A stretch of 64,000 nucleotides of DNA from Promethearchaeota archaeon (GCA_019058365.1 JAHPZE010000004.1:1-64000), one strand, 5' to 3'; shown: positions 49,109 through 59,237, numbered from the stretch's first letter. Notes: a model not told the origin generated them from the letters alone. Numbers and translations: made by a program.

Positions 49109-49891
49109 CTATTTCATCACTCTTTCTTTAATTTTTAATTTATTGGAGAATATAATTCCTAATAGCAGGATCGCTGTAAATACAATGAGAGTCACCATTA
49201 TCCATGGGGCTAAATTATACTCTGTTTTTTCAATATTATTAGTTGAGCCTGGTGAGGGGGAACTCAAATAATCCCACTTTTCACCTCCATCAGATGTACG
49301 TCCATAGGAGATATCCCGTAATTGCTTCTGAAAAGACACAGAATCAATAATAGTTTTTCCATCGGCTGCTATTATTGCTATGAAGTCCCCATTTGCATCA
49401 AGTTTAAACGGTAAATGTAAAATATCTTCTGCTACACTTCCGTCTGCCCAGATCAATAAATAATCTCCTGGATTGATAACTGTCGTATTTGGAAATTGCC
49501 AAAGCATTGGAGTATCTAAATCATCGGTTAAATACAAATCCGATAAATTTAACGCAATACTCCCTGCATTGTATAACTCAATCCAATCCTCATAAGTTCC
49601 ATTAGGACTGGTAATAGTTACATCATTATCTGCCATCAACTCATTGATATACAATTGATTAGAGATTAGATTTATATCATTTACAATTTCATCCTCATCA
49701 GTTAGAATTTCTCCTGCATCTTCTGCTTTGATTTTCATAATTGTGTATTGATTAACAATTGTGTTCCCTTCGGATAAATCCAAGCTCTCATTATCAATTC
49801 CAATACTAAAATTGCAGTGAAACATTGTTATCTGTAAAATAATAAAACCAATTAGTATACCACATTGTAGTTTCCGTTTTTGCATCACCAC
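49109..49891 (-). CDS. Lamin-tail-domain (LTD) surface protein with C-terminal membrane anchor
   Basis: LYINELMADN, DWIELYN, LYLTDD, I.PG.YLLIWAD, ISYGR..DG...W...SPG..N; hydrophobic N- and C-terminal segments. Confidence 0.85.
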   Translation of the reverse strand: MVMQKRKLQCGILIGFIILQITMFHCNFSIGIDNESLDLSEGNTIVNQYTIMKIKAEDAGEILTDEDEIVNDINLISNQLYINELMADNDVTITSPNGTYEDWIELYNAGSIALNLSDLYLTDDLDTPMLWQFPNTTVINPGDYLLIWADGSVAEDILHLPFKLDANGDFIAIIAADGKTIIDSVSFQKQLRDISYGRTSDGGEKWDYLSSPSPGSTNNIEKTEYNLAPWIMVTLIVFTAILLLGIIFSNKLKIKERVMK

Positions 49892-50187
49892 TATTGTTCA
49901 ACATATATTTTTTTCAAATTTGAGCGGTTCTATTATTTTAAAACAAATTTGAACGTCTCATAAATGGGAAATTGTATTATTATATTTAAACATTAAAGGA
50001 CCATTGTTCCATCATGTTACTCATAAAAAATAGAGTAAATTCAGGATATAAATATCATATAACGAGCTAGAAATAAGGTTATAGAAGCAATATGCAAAAA
50101 AGGTAAGAAAAGGCTATAGAATATTGGCTATCGGATTCAAACATATTCAATAGATCATTTTATGATGAAAGAAAAAAATTAAGTTAT

Positions 50188-51399
50188 TTAATCCTTTTGT
50201 CTAAGATCAGGTGCTTTAAGGAGAATTAACCCCGTTAAAAGCATTATACAAGCAGCTACCGCGAAAGGTGGCCATCCTACTAATTCTATTAGAGATTCTC
50301 CCCTTATAGCAGTGACACTAGTAAGATCTACAACAAATCCCATTAATAATGGGCCACATACAAAACCTATATCTCCAATCGTCCTATACACACCCATATA
50401 AATCTCAAGCTTATCTTTAGGAGCAATATCTGTAACATAAGCAGCAATTGGTCCTGATAATCCAATTATTGCGCCATAAATAAATATAACTAATGAAATA
50501 TAAATTATATTTGTTGTAATAGCAATCCATAGGGTTATTGGAGCAGAAATGATAAGAGATAATAACAGCGGTGTACGTCGTCCTATTTTATCTGAAATTA
50601 AACCTATAGGAACCATAGTAATAGCGGTTGCAATACCTGCTATAGTTAATAGTATGCCAATATCAAACTCATTTAAACCAAGATCATTTCCCGAAAAAAG
50701 AGGTACAAGCGTATTTCTTACTCCCGTTCTTATAAAGAACAACGAAAAAATTGATGGAAGAACAGGAATAAATTTTGGATCTTTTAAACTATACCATGCT
50801 TGGTGATAAAGTTCCTGTATCTTGAAATGTTCTTCATCATTAGTATTATTTACATGTGGCAAAATGAGAGTGGGAATAATCCCACTAGCAGATATAATAG
50901 CATAAGCAAAAAATGGGGCAGTGATACCATAAGAATTCGCTATAAAACCACCAAAACTCGGTCCAAAAATTGCTCCTAATAATAATAATCCGGAATAAAT
51001 ACTCATTAAAAATCCCCTTCTCTCTGGGCTAGCTACCAATGCAATATATATAGTTGCAATTGTTACATAAATTGCAGAACCAAATCCTTCAATGATTCGA
51101 GCAAATAGTAAGATCCAATAATTTTGGGCTAATCCTGCCATGATTGAGGAAGATGATACAAGTATCAATCCCACTAGCATTAAGCTCTTTTTATTATACC
51201 TTTGAGCTAAGAAACCTGCAGGTAAATCAATAAACATACGAGCTATACCGAAAGCCGCCACAACAAGTCCAACAAGTGTATAATTCACATTAAAAGATTC
51301 GGCATAATAAGGTAAAATCGGAGCGATAATACTCAATCCCAACAACACAAGAAACGTGACAACCGAAAGATTTAATGTTGTTATAATATCTTTTTTTAT
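50188..51399 (-). CDS. MFS transporter
   Basis: Multiple TM helices, GLISDKIGRR motif A, G...GP..GG motif C; TM1 extends upstream of the GTG at 51348 to an ATA at 51399 after GGGAG. Confidence 0.88.
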   Translation of the reverse strand: MKKDIITTLNLSVVTFLVLLGLSIIAPILPYYAESFNVNYTLVGLVVAAFGIARMFIDLPAGFLAQRYNKKSLMLVGLILVSSSSIMAGLAQNYWILLFARIIEGFGSAIYVTIATIYIALVASPERRGFLMSIYSGLLLLGAIFGPSFGGFIANSYGITAPFFAYAIISASGIIPTLILPHVNNTNDEEHFKIQELYHQAWYSLKDPKFIPVLPSIFSLFFIRTGVRNTLVPLFSGNDLGLNEFDIGILLTIAGIATAITMVPIGLISDKIGRRTPLLLSLIISAPITLWIAITTNIIYISLVIFIYGAIIGLSGPIAAYVTDIAPKDKLEIYMGVYRTIGDIGFVCGPLLMGFVVDLTSVTAIRGESLIELVGWPPFAVAACIMLLTGLILLKAPDLRQKD

Positions 51400-51478
51400 T
51401 AATATCTCCCTTTATCGTGAATATATCTTAAATAACCTTTTATTAAAAAAATTTTTTCTTTAATATCAGTTTGAAAAT

Positions 51479-52723
51479 TCAACCATAATGTTTTTCTTCC
51501 TCTGCTTCACTATCAATAGCATCTTTTTCAATATCTCGACCTTGCCATTTTTCACTTAAAATTTCCTTATAATATTCATGTTGGATAATAAGATTCATAA
51601 TTTCTGTTGTTCCCGTCCATATCTCACCTATTCTAGCATCTCGTAATAATCTTTCCATTGGATAGACAGTTGTATAACCTATTCCTCCTAAAATTTGCAT
51701 TGAATTATTTATAACTTTCCAACACGATTTTGTTGAAAACTTCTTTGATTCGGATACTAATCTTCTTTGAAGTGCGGGTGGTGCTCCAGCATCAATACTT
51801 TTAGCTGTATTATAAACAATAGCTCTTACTGCGTCTAAAAGTGTGATACAATCAGCAATTAAAAAGCTAACTGCTTGAAAATTTCTAATAGGTTGTCCAA
51901 ATGCTTTTCTTTTAGTACTATATTTTGTAGCAATTCTTAAACAAGCGCGAGCCAGACCTATGAAACCCGATGCAGTAGTCAATCGCTCTGGAACCATCAT
52001 TTGATAAAATATTTTTCCACCAGCACCCTCCTCTAAAATAATATTTGCTTTTGGCACTTTAACATTATTAAATTTTATTCTGCCTGCACCACCACCTCTA
52101 GTTCCAAGTATACCATAAATATATTCAGTATTAACACCTTCAGTTCTATCCACTATGAATAAACTTAACGTTTTATGAGGATCTGCTTTTGGATCTATAT
52201 TTGTTTTTGCATAAACTAAAAAGAAATCAGCCCCTTCAGCACCTACAACAAATCGTTTTTCTCCATTCAAATTATAATAATCCCCTTCTTTAACAGCAGT
52301 ACATGTCGCTCCAAAGAAGTCTGAACCTCCTCTTGGTTCAGTTAACGCTTCAGCAGTGAACTTTTTCCCCTCACACATGGGTTTAAGATATTTTTGTTTT
52401 TGTTCCTCTGTCCCAAAAATATTTAATGCTTCACCACATATACTGGGCAAAGAAAATAAACATGCAAGTGAACTTCCTAATACCCCGATTTCTTCTTGAG
52501 CAATTATTTCACTCTCCCAATTCAATCCCCGTCCTCCATATTTTTTTGGGAATCTTATTCCTATTAGATTTTGGTTAGCCAAAGCATTTAACCATTCAGA
52601 GGGATACTGGATTTCATCCTTATCCATTTTTTTTAATAATGAAGGAGGAACGGCAGTTTTTACGAATGTTCGAACTTCTTCTCTAAGCTTTTTGTTCTCT
52701 TCAGTTAATAAATAATCATACAT
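51479..52723 (-). CDS. Acyl-CoA dehydrogenase
   Basis: [44 protein letters not shown]...IWTGTTEI. Confidence 0.95.
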   Translation of the reverse strand: MYDYLLTEENKKLREEVRTFVKTAVPPSLLKKMDKDEIQYPSEWLNALANQNLIGIRFPKKYGGRGLNWESEIIAQEEIGVLGSSLACLFSLPSICGEALNIFGTEEQKQKYLKPMCEGKKFTAEALTEPRGGSDFFGATCTAVKEGDYYNLNGEKRFVVGAEGADFFLVYAKTNIDPKADPHKTLSLFIVDRTEGVNTEYIYGILGTRGGGAGRIKFNNVKVPKANIILEEGAGGKIFYQMMVPERLTTASGFIGLARACLRIATKYSTKRKAFGQPIRNFQAVSFLIADCITLLDAVRAIVYNTAKSIDAGAPPALQRRLVSESKKFSTKSCWKVINNSMQILGGIGYTTVYPMERLLRDARIGEIWTGTTEIMNLIIQHEYYKEILSEKWQGRDIEKDAIDSEAEEEKHYG

Positions 52724-52966
52724 TTTTAATACTCACTTATTGATTTATAATGCGTTCAATTAATGATAGGTTCAATAAAAATAATGATTTAATCCTACTT
52801 ATATTGGTTTACTTTTTTAGGTTAAATTCAAAGTTCCATTGTAGTTCAACATTTTAAACTATATATATTTTAAATTACTTATTATGCACACTGTATAGCA
52901 ATTTATAGCATTCTAAAATTATAAATCTATACTTTAATATCTTAAACTCTTAATAGAGGACTTCCT

Positions 52967-54235
52967 ATGTTCACTAAAATTAAAACTACGTACAGAGAAT
53001 ATCCCAACGCATTTAAAGTGCTGACTCTCGCCACTTTTATTGACATGTTAGGAAGTTTCTTATTATATCCTTTTTATGCACTTTATGTAACCGAACATTT
53101 TGGAGTGGGGATGACTCAAGTTGGATTCCTATTTTCTATTTTCTCAGCGGGAAATATATTCGGTGGAATCCTCGGAGGTGCATTAGCCGATAAATATGGC
53201 CGTCGTGCAATGGTCCTGATTGGATTGGTTGTAAGTGGAACAGGAAGTATTTTTTTGGGATTAGTTAATGATCTGAGGGTATTTTACATTCTCGCGGGTT
53301 TTTTAGGGTTAGTAGGCAATTTTGGAGGCCCAGCACGACAAGCAATGGTAGCAGATTTACTTCCAAAGGAAAAACAAGCAGAAGGATTTGGAATTCTACG
53401 AGTATCTTTTAATCTTTCCGCAACAATCGGGCCTATCCTTGGTGGATTTTTAGCAACCAAATCTTATATGTTATTATTTATTGCGGATGCTGTGAGTAGT
53501 TTAATTACCGCTGTTATTGTATATATGGTTATTCCAGAGACAAAACCCCAAAAACAAGATGATAAACCAGAAGAAACTGTAATGAAAACTATTATAGGAT
53601 ACAAACATGTGTTAAAGGATTGGGTGTTTGTTTTGTTTCTTTCTGTTTCTGCTATAACGGTATTAGTATATATGCAAATGAATAGCACTCTTTCGGTATT
53701 TTTACGGGATGTTCATGGATTCCCTGCACAGAGTTTTGGGTTTTTGTTAAGTATGAATGCCCTTATGGTTGTTTTATTTCAATTCTGGATAACTAGGAAG
53801 ATATCAAAATATGCTCCCATGAAGATAATGGCTTTTGGAACATTGTTTCTTATGATTGGTTTTGGAATGTATGGTTTTATTTCTGAGCCATATCTTTTTT
53901 TCATTGCTATGGCAATAATTACGATAGGAGAAATGATAGTATTCCCAACCGGGCAAAGTGCAGCTGCCTCTTTTGCTCCGGAAGATAAACGAGGACGATA
54001 TATGGCAGTTTATGGTTTCCAATGGATGATCCCGAACCTATTTGGAGTTTTAGCCGCTGGATTGATTATGGACTCTATTGGACCAAATTGGGTGTGGTAT
54101 TTAGCTGGGATTCTCTCTCTATTCTCCATGATAGGATTTTGGTTAATTCATGGGGTCACTAAAGAACGTTTATCAAAAGAAAAAAAACCTAAGAAAGGAG
54201 AATTGCTTGAGTTTAGCGTTCCTTCAATCGAATGA
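52967..54235 (+). CDS. MFS transporter (MdtH/YitG-like)
   Basis: GGALADKYGRR motif A, IGPILGG motif C, ITIGEMI, RGRYM. Confidence 0.9.
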   Translation: MFTKIKTTYREYPNAFKVLTLATFIDMLGSFLLYPFYALYVTEHFGVGMTQVGFLFSIFSAGNIFGGILGGALADKYGRRAMVLIGLVVSGTGSIFLGLVNDLRVFYILAGFLGLVGNFGGPARQAMVADLLPKEKQAEGFGILRVSFNLSATIGPILGGFLATKSYMLLFIADAVSSLITAVIVYMVIPETKPQKQDDKPEETVMKTIIGYKHVLKDWVFVLFLSVSAITVLVYMQMNSTLSVFLRDVHGFPAQSFGFLLSMNALMVVLFQFWITRKISKYAPMKIMAFGTLFLMIGFGMYGFISEPYLFFIAMAIITIGEMIVFPTGQSAAASFAPEDKRGRYMAVYGFQWMIPNLFGVLAAGLIMDSIGPNWVWYLAGILSLFSMIGFWLIHGVTKERLSKEKKPKKGELLEFSVPSIE

Positions 54236-54307
54236 GAGATTTATATTTTTTTTTAAAATATTGAAGCATTTAATTTTAAGTCAAGAGTTAAAATTAATAA
54301 TTAGTGT

Positions 54308-54329
54308 TCGTGAAACGCATCTTTCACGA
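54308..54329. terminator. Inverted repeat TCGTGAAA-N6-TTTCACGA between convergent genes
   Basis: Perfect 8-bp stem in a short convergent intergenic gap. Confidence 0.4.
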
Positions 54330-54338
54330 TGAATTTCT

Positions 54339-55493
54339 TTAATTATTTTCAATCTCAAATATAATCTTGAGATATTCATATTTAGAATTAAGCAATTTAA
54401 GAACCCTATCAGCAAAAACTCTAAGGTTTTTTGCATGAATTAGTTTTTCGTCTTTCTGTTCAAGTAAAAACTCATATATCATATTTCTAGTATTATCAGG
54501 ACCGTTTTCTTCTAAGTAATTCATCCAATGAATTGACATCCTACATATTTTTTTTAATTTTTCGGTTGGATACTCCTCTTTATCAAGAATTTTCTTATGA
54601 TATTTATTTATAGCATTACTAACCCTCTCTAAATAATCAGCAGTACCCAATGAATATCGACATAAACTAATAAGATTTGAAGTAATTCTAGAATTTCTTG
54701 TATTAGTTGCTGCTTCGAAAGAAACCCACGCTTCATCCCATTCATCCTTATTTCTACCTACTAGACCATCATTATATAAAGCTACGTTCATTATATCGCT
54801 GAGATCGACATCATGCCCTCTTTTTAATTTTTTATTAAAAATCTCTCCAAGCTTAGTTCCTTCAAGATAACTTCCTGCTCCAAAATCGAGTAATTGATTT
54901 AAATTATTTGCGGCGCAAAGTGCTTCATATCTTATTTCACCTGTGTCTGGGTTAGTCCACTGAACAGTTTTTTCAAATTCTCCCGTTTCCTTATTTTTTA
55001 TCCAACCCATTTCTCTTAATACATGTTCTAATAAATGAATTTTAAATACCCAGAAATCCAAATCATCTGTGAAGCGTTTTCTCCTCCAATCTCTTGATGT
55101 GTACTTACCTAAATATAGTTTTAACGTTCCTCGAATTAGAGAAAATTTACCATCTTTAATTGCATCACATGCATCCTTAAAATAAGTATGCTTAGGATCT
55201 TTTGATATTTCGACAATTCTATTTATTATTTCTCTAGCTTCTCCAGCAACTACATCACATGGTATCCGTCCATCAGAAGGATATGCCCTTGATCCTCCAT
55301 TTAGAAACTTTTTAAATAAATCCAATTCATCTTCAGGAATTTTATACCATGGATTATTAAACATAATCTTAGAGAATATGTAATGAGTGAACCCGTTTTC
55401 ATCTATTGTAGTTTTTTTTATTAAAGGAGAGACATCTCTTAGATTATCTCCTTTATGTACAGCATCTGCTCTAGTATCCCAAACTGAAGTCAT
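54339..55493 (-). CDS. Hypothetical protein with nucleotidyltransferase-like motifs
   Basis: LIRGTLKLYL...RFTDDLDF resembles G[GS]..R.T.D.D; later KLKRGHDVDLSD. Confidence 0.5.
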   Translation of the reverse strand: MTSVWDTRADAVHKGDNLRDVSPLIKKTTIDENGFTHYIFSKIMFNNPWYKIPEDELDLFKKFLNGGSRAYPSDGRIPCDVVAGEAREIINRIVEISKDPKHTYFKDACDAIKDGKFSLIRGTLKLYLGKYTSRDWRRKRFTDDLDFWVFKIHLLEHVLREMGWIKNKETGEFEKTVQWTNPDTGEIRYEALCAANNLNQLLDFGAGSYLEGTKLGEIFNKKLKRGHDVDLSDIMNVALYNDGLVGRNKDEWDEAWVSFEAATNTRNSRITSNLISLCRYSLGTADYLERVSNAINKYHKKILDKEEYPTEKLKKICRMSIHWMNYLEENGPDNTRNMIYEFLLEQKDEKLIHAKNLRVFADRVLKLLNSKYEYLKIIFEIENN

Positions 55494-55610
55494 ACGAGAT
55501 ATTATATTGAATGTAATTTTTAAAAATTGCTAATTTAAAATATAAAATTAATTTTTAAACATAGAATCTATTGGTAATATATCATGTAATATAAAAAAAC
55601 ATAAAAGAAA

Positions 55611-56291
55611 ATGAATTTATTTAAAGTTTTTACATTAACTCCTTGGGATTCGCTCAATTCAGATACTTTAACAGAAATTAAATTATATTCATTGAAAAAT
55701 ATATTTAAGACGTTTCCTGTAATTGAACCCGAGTTTTTTGATGATTTACTCTCACATTTGTATAAATTCAAACACTATTCATGGGTTGAGAGCATTAAAA
55801 GAATTGTTGGACCTAGTGATGAAGATTATGATATAAAGCCTTGGAATCTAATGTGGGGTATGGATAATGAAAGACGAATATTCCAATTCTTATTTCAAAA
55901 AGTAAAAGATGAACTTAAAGATTCACAAGCAACACTGGTAGCATTAGCACCACCAGAATTAGGGAAATTATTTACTCAATATAAAGAAGAAGCGATCTTA
56001 AGAACTTTATCTTTACTCAATACTCCTAAGAAAATGAAATTCTTGATGATCTTAGCACCTAAAGGAAAATCTATTGCCGAAGAACAACAACTACTCCATA
56101 TAAATAAGGAAGATTTAGAAAACCTCAAGTTTAATAAAATACTCAAACAAATGCCAAATATTAAAGGGGAGTGGATCTTAACTCATTCCCCATGTTGTTC
56201 CAACTGTAAAAGAGAGATTACAGAGATAAAGGGCTTGAATGTGGAGTTTCTTAAATTTAAATGTCCTTATTGTGGGCATCAGAATGATTGA
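55611..56291 (+). CDS. Hypothetical protein with C-terminal zinc ribbon
   Basis: 226-aa ORF ending CSNC...CPYCG. Confidence 0.65.
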   Translation: MNLFKVFTLTPWDSLNSDTLTEIKLYSLKNIFKTFPVIEPEFFDDLLSHLYKFKHYSWVESIKRIVGPSDEDYDIKPWNLMWGMDNERRIFQFLFQKVKDELKDSQATLVALAPPELGKLFTQYKEEAILRTLSLLNTPKKMKFLMILAPKGKSIAEEQQLLHINKEDLENLKFNKILKQMPNIKGEWILTHSPCCSNCKREITEIKGLNVEFLKFKCPYCGHQND

Positions 56292-56346
56292 CTTATTTTC
56301 ACTTTCGTATAATACTACAAAGATACAAAGGGATTTTCGCGACACG

Positions 56347-56796
56347 TTAACGAGATTTCGTGATACGTTTTCTTTCTTTATAAATTCCTATTATTGAGAG
56401 AATTATACTTATGGAATACCCAAATAAGGAAATAGGTATGACAATAAAAGATATAAGGCTATATATAAAAACTGAAGCGAGTAATACTAAAGTAGCTGTA
56501 ATAACCAGCTCACTATGATAAAAATTTTTACGTTTTAGGTATATTCCTTCAAAAAGCATCATTATGGTAAAAACTACTGCGGAACCAGTTAAAAATACGG
56601 TATAGAAAGAGCTATCGAAAAAAAGGGTTGTAATATATTCATGAGTACGGGGGATAAAAATGTAGAATCCAAAAGACCAATGAATGAAATCACCAACATC
56701 AAATCCTATAGCTTGGCTTACATGGGTTGGAAAGATTAATGCTAGTGTTGTACACAATGAAGCCATATAGAAATAGCCACAAGGCTTTTCTTTCAT
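56347..56796 (-). CDS. Hypothetical membrane protein (about 4 TM segments)
   Basis: 149-aa ORF with several long hydrophobic stretches. Confidence 0.55.
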   Translation of the reverse strand: MKEKPCGYFYMASLCTTLALIFPTHVSQAIGFDVGDFIHWSFGFYIFIPRTHEYITTLFFDSSFYTVFLTGSAVVFTIMMLFEGIYLKRKNFYHSELVITATLVLLASVFIYSLISFIVIPISLFGYSISIILSIIGIYKERKRITKSR

Positions 56797-57007
56797 TGAA
56801 GATCTCTAGTTTTGCATATATTATTCTTTGCTTTATACTTATCAAACCTATCTTTATATATGTTTCTGTTGTCAGGGTACACTATTCAGATTAATGTGAT
56901 ACGTTATTTTTAAGGAATTTGGAATAATTAGAAGTTTAAAAATTTGAGTTTTAAGATAATTTTATACACATTCCTTTAAAGAGAATGTTAAAAAAAGGAG
57001 TGAATTG

Positions 57008-57250
57008 ATGGGGAGGAAGAAGAAATTCGGGGAAGAGTCGGATTTTGTGAGCGTTCGAGTTCCAAAGAGCAAGAGATAAGAATATAGAACTTCAATTAAC
57101 CATTTTGTAGAGAAAAAATTTGCGAGTGACTCGGATACTACTAGTTCTAATTCCACTATCAATCTTAATAAAAAAAGTTTAGATTGGTTTCGGAAATTTG
57201 AGGAATTTATACAAGAGCTCAAGAAAGAAGTGACAGAAAAGAGAAAATAA
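57008..57250 (+). pseudogene. Small RHH-like DNA-binding protein with premature stop
   Basis: AGGAGTGA RBS then MGRKKKFGEESDFVSVRVPKSKR*EYRTSINHFVEKKF...; in-frame TAA at 57077. Confidence 0.6.
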
Positions 57251-57426
57251 AAGAAATAAATTTTAAACCCTTTGAGGCAGTTTTAAGAATAATTTCTCAA
57301 GTTCGATGTAATCTTTTTCATGGGGAAAAGTTAATTTCAGAAGGAATCCAAATTAAAAGGGATAAAACATTAATTAAAGCAAGTATTTCAATTTTAGAAA
57401 TGCTTCTTAAGCAAATAATAAGTTAA
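57241..57426 (+). pseudogene. C-terminal fragment of a HEPN-domain protein
   Basis: ...AVLRIISQVRCNLFHGEK...RDKTLIKASISILE...*; RxxxxH motif; no start codon in frame. Confidence 0.7.
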
Positions 57427-57503
57427 ATTTTAAAATAATAGAAGATAGCTAAATTCTCCTTATAATTCTCTAAAATAAAATTTTATCCTAAAACAATCTT
57501 GAA

Positions 57504-57614
57504 TATTCACCGCGTTGTCTAAACTGCTATGAAATGATTATAGAGATAAAGGGTTTGAATGTTGGGTTTCTTAAATTTAAATATCCTTATTGTGGGTCCC
57601 AGAAATTAAAGTAA
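57504..57614 (+). pseudogene. Diverged duplicate of the 3' end of 55611..56291
   Basis: YSPRCLNCYEMIIEIKGLNVGFLKFKYPYCGSQKLK* versus HSPCCSNCKREITEIKGLNVEFLKFKCPYCGHQND*. Confidence 0.88.
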
Positions 57615-57713
57615 AGAAGTTTTTACTAATAAAATCCTTTATAATGATTTTTATAAGATAATCTGATATATATCTTATTAATAAAACTAATATTAATATA
57701 AAAAATTTCAATT

Positions 57714-59237
57714 ATGTTTGTTGCTGCGTTAGATTTAGGAACAACTGGATGTAGAACATTTATTTTTGATTTAGCAGGTACGATAATTGCGAGTGATTAT
57801 CAAGAATGGCAAAGTTACTATCCTTCTCCATCATTTGTAGAACAGGATGCAAATACTTGGTGGGAATCAATTAAAAAAACCACAGAACGAGCAATTAAAA
57901 AAAGTGGTATTGATAAAACGGATATTGTAAGTCTTTCTGTTACCAATCAGCGTGAAACCATTGTACCTGTTGACAAAGAGGGCACACCTCTTCATAATGC
58001 TTTAGTTTGGCAGGACAGAAGAACAATAGATCAAGTAGAATACATAAAATTAAAAATTGGTATAGACAAAATTTATGAAACTACAGGATTAACTATTGAT
58101 CCTTATTTTTCTGCGACAAAAATTCTATGGTTTAAAGATAAAAAGCCAGAGATATATAAAAAAACTCATAAATTTTTGCTTGTTTCGGATTTTATCATTC
58201 ACAAATTAACAGGAAGTTATTATACAGATTTTTCAAATGCTTCACGAACAATGTTATTCGATATCAATAAATTAGCATATTCAGAAGAAATTGCATCTGA
58301 ATTGGAAATAGATTTAGATAAAATGCCAGATGCTTTAGAATGTGGAGTTGATATAGGTGAAATTGTTACTGAGGAAACTCTATTTGATAAAAAGACATTA
58401 GTCGTAACTGGTGCTGGAGATCAGCAATCTGCCGCCCTAGGTGTGGGAGTTGTTTCTCCTGGAGAAATTAAATGCACTACGGGAACGGGAAGTTTTATTT
58501 TAGCCTTTCTATCTCAACCTAAATTCGATCCAGAAAAACGAGTCTTATGTAGTTGTCATGCAGTTCCAGGCACTTGGGTACAAGAAGCAAGTATTTTTAC
58601 CACTGGAGCTGTATTGAGGTGGTTTAGAGATAAAGTAGGATATGCAGAATGTGTAGCGGCTCAAGAGGGTCAAGATCCTTATGATTTAATCACCGCAGAA
58701 GCAGAGACATCACCTATTGGGGCAAATGGATTAATTCTTATTCCCCATTTTGTCGGTGCTGGAGCACCTCATTGGAATCCGCTTGCGAAGGGGATAATTT
58801 TTGGATTAGCATTAGGACATGAACGTAAGGATCTTTATAGAGCTGTACTTGAGGGCGTAGCCTTCGAAATACGAAAAAATATTGAAGTATTTAAACAATT
58901 GGGAATTGAGCCGAAAGAATTAATGTTAACTGGAGGAGGCTCTCGCTCTGATTTTTGGAACCAGATTTATGCTGATGTATTAGGAATCACATGTGTTAGG
59001 AATATTATTGAAGAATCTACGTCACTAGGAGCTGCAATATTAGCCGCTTCAGGAGCAGGAATTTTTCCGGATATTTCAAAAGCAGCCGAAAATTTATGCA
59101 AAGTTGATAAAAAATGGCTTCCCAATGATGAACGACATATATTTTATGAAAAATTATATAATTTTTCATATGATCTATACGAACTTATTAACAGCAAAAA
59201 TTTATATCAAAAATTCAATGATATAAATTTAAAATAA
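57714..59237 (+). CDS. FGGY-family carbohydrate kinase (xylulokinase/glycerol kinase-like)
   Basis: LDLGTTG, NQRET, WQDRRT, DFSNASRT, GDQQSA, TGTG, GAPHW, GGGSRS. Confidence 0.93.
   Translation: MFVAALDLGTTGCRTFIFDLAGTIIASDYQEWQSYYPSPSFVEQDANTWWESIKKTTERAIKKSGIDKTDIVSLSVTNQRETIVPVDKEGTPLHNALVWQDRRTIDQVEYIKLKIGIDKIYETTGLTIDPYFSATKILWFKDKKPEIYKKTHKFLLVSDFIIHKLTGSYYTDFSNASRTMLFDINKLAYSEEIASELEIDLDKMPDALECGVDIGEIVTEETLFDKKTLVVTGAGDQQSAALGVGVVSPGEIKCTTGTGSFILAFLSQPKFDPEKRVLCSCHAVPGTWVQEASIFTTGAVLRWFRDKVGYAECVAAQEGQDPYDLITAEAETSPIGANGLILIPHFVGAGAPHWNPLAKGIIFGLALGHERKDLYRAVLEGVAFEIRKNIEVFKQLGIEPKELMLTGGGSRSDFWNQIYADVLGITCVRNIIEESTSLGAAILAASGAGIFPDISKAAENLCKVDKKWLPNDERHIFYEKLYNFSYDLYELINSKNLYQKFNDINLK

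Larger units (their letters stand above)
45746..51478. mobile_element. Accessory insert at the acyl-CoA dehydrogenase 3' end
   Basis: Bracketed by the intact and the decayed copy of the same gene end; carries a bacterial-style VTC cluster and an MFS gene; no integrase. Confidence 0.65.
56292..57503. mobile_element. Small decayed insert at the 3' end of the Zn-ribbon gene
   Basis: Bracketed by 56184..56291 and its diverged copy 57504..57614; contains a membrane ORF, an RHH pseudogene and a HEPN fragment. Confidence 0.65.

Noticed and set aside
57077-57079. In-frame stop considered as recoding (Sec/Pyl)
   Set aside because: The codon is TAA, not TGA or TAG, and it lies in a decaying insert.
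56962-57222. 86-aa minus-strand ORF
   Set aside because: Shadow of the plus-strand RHH-like pseudogene, which has the RBS and a recognisable motif.
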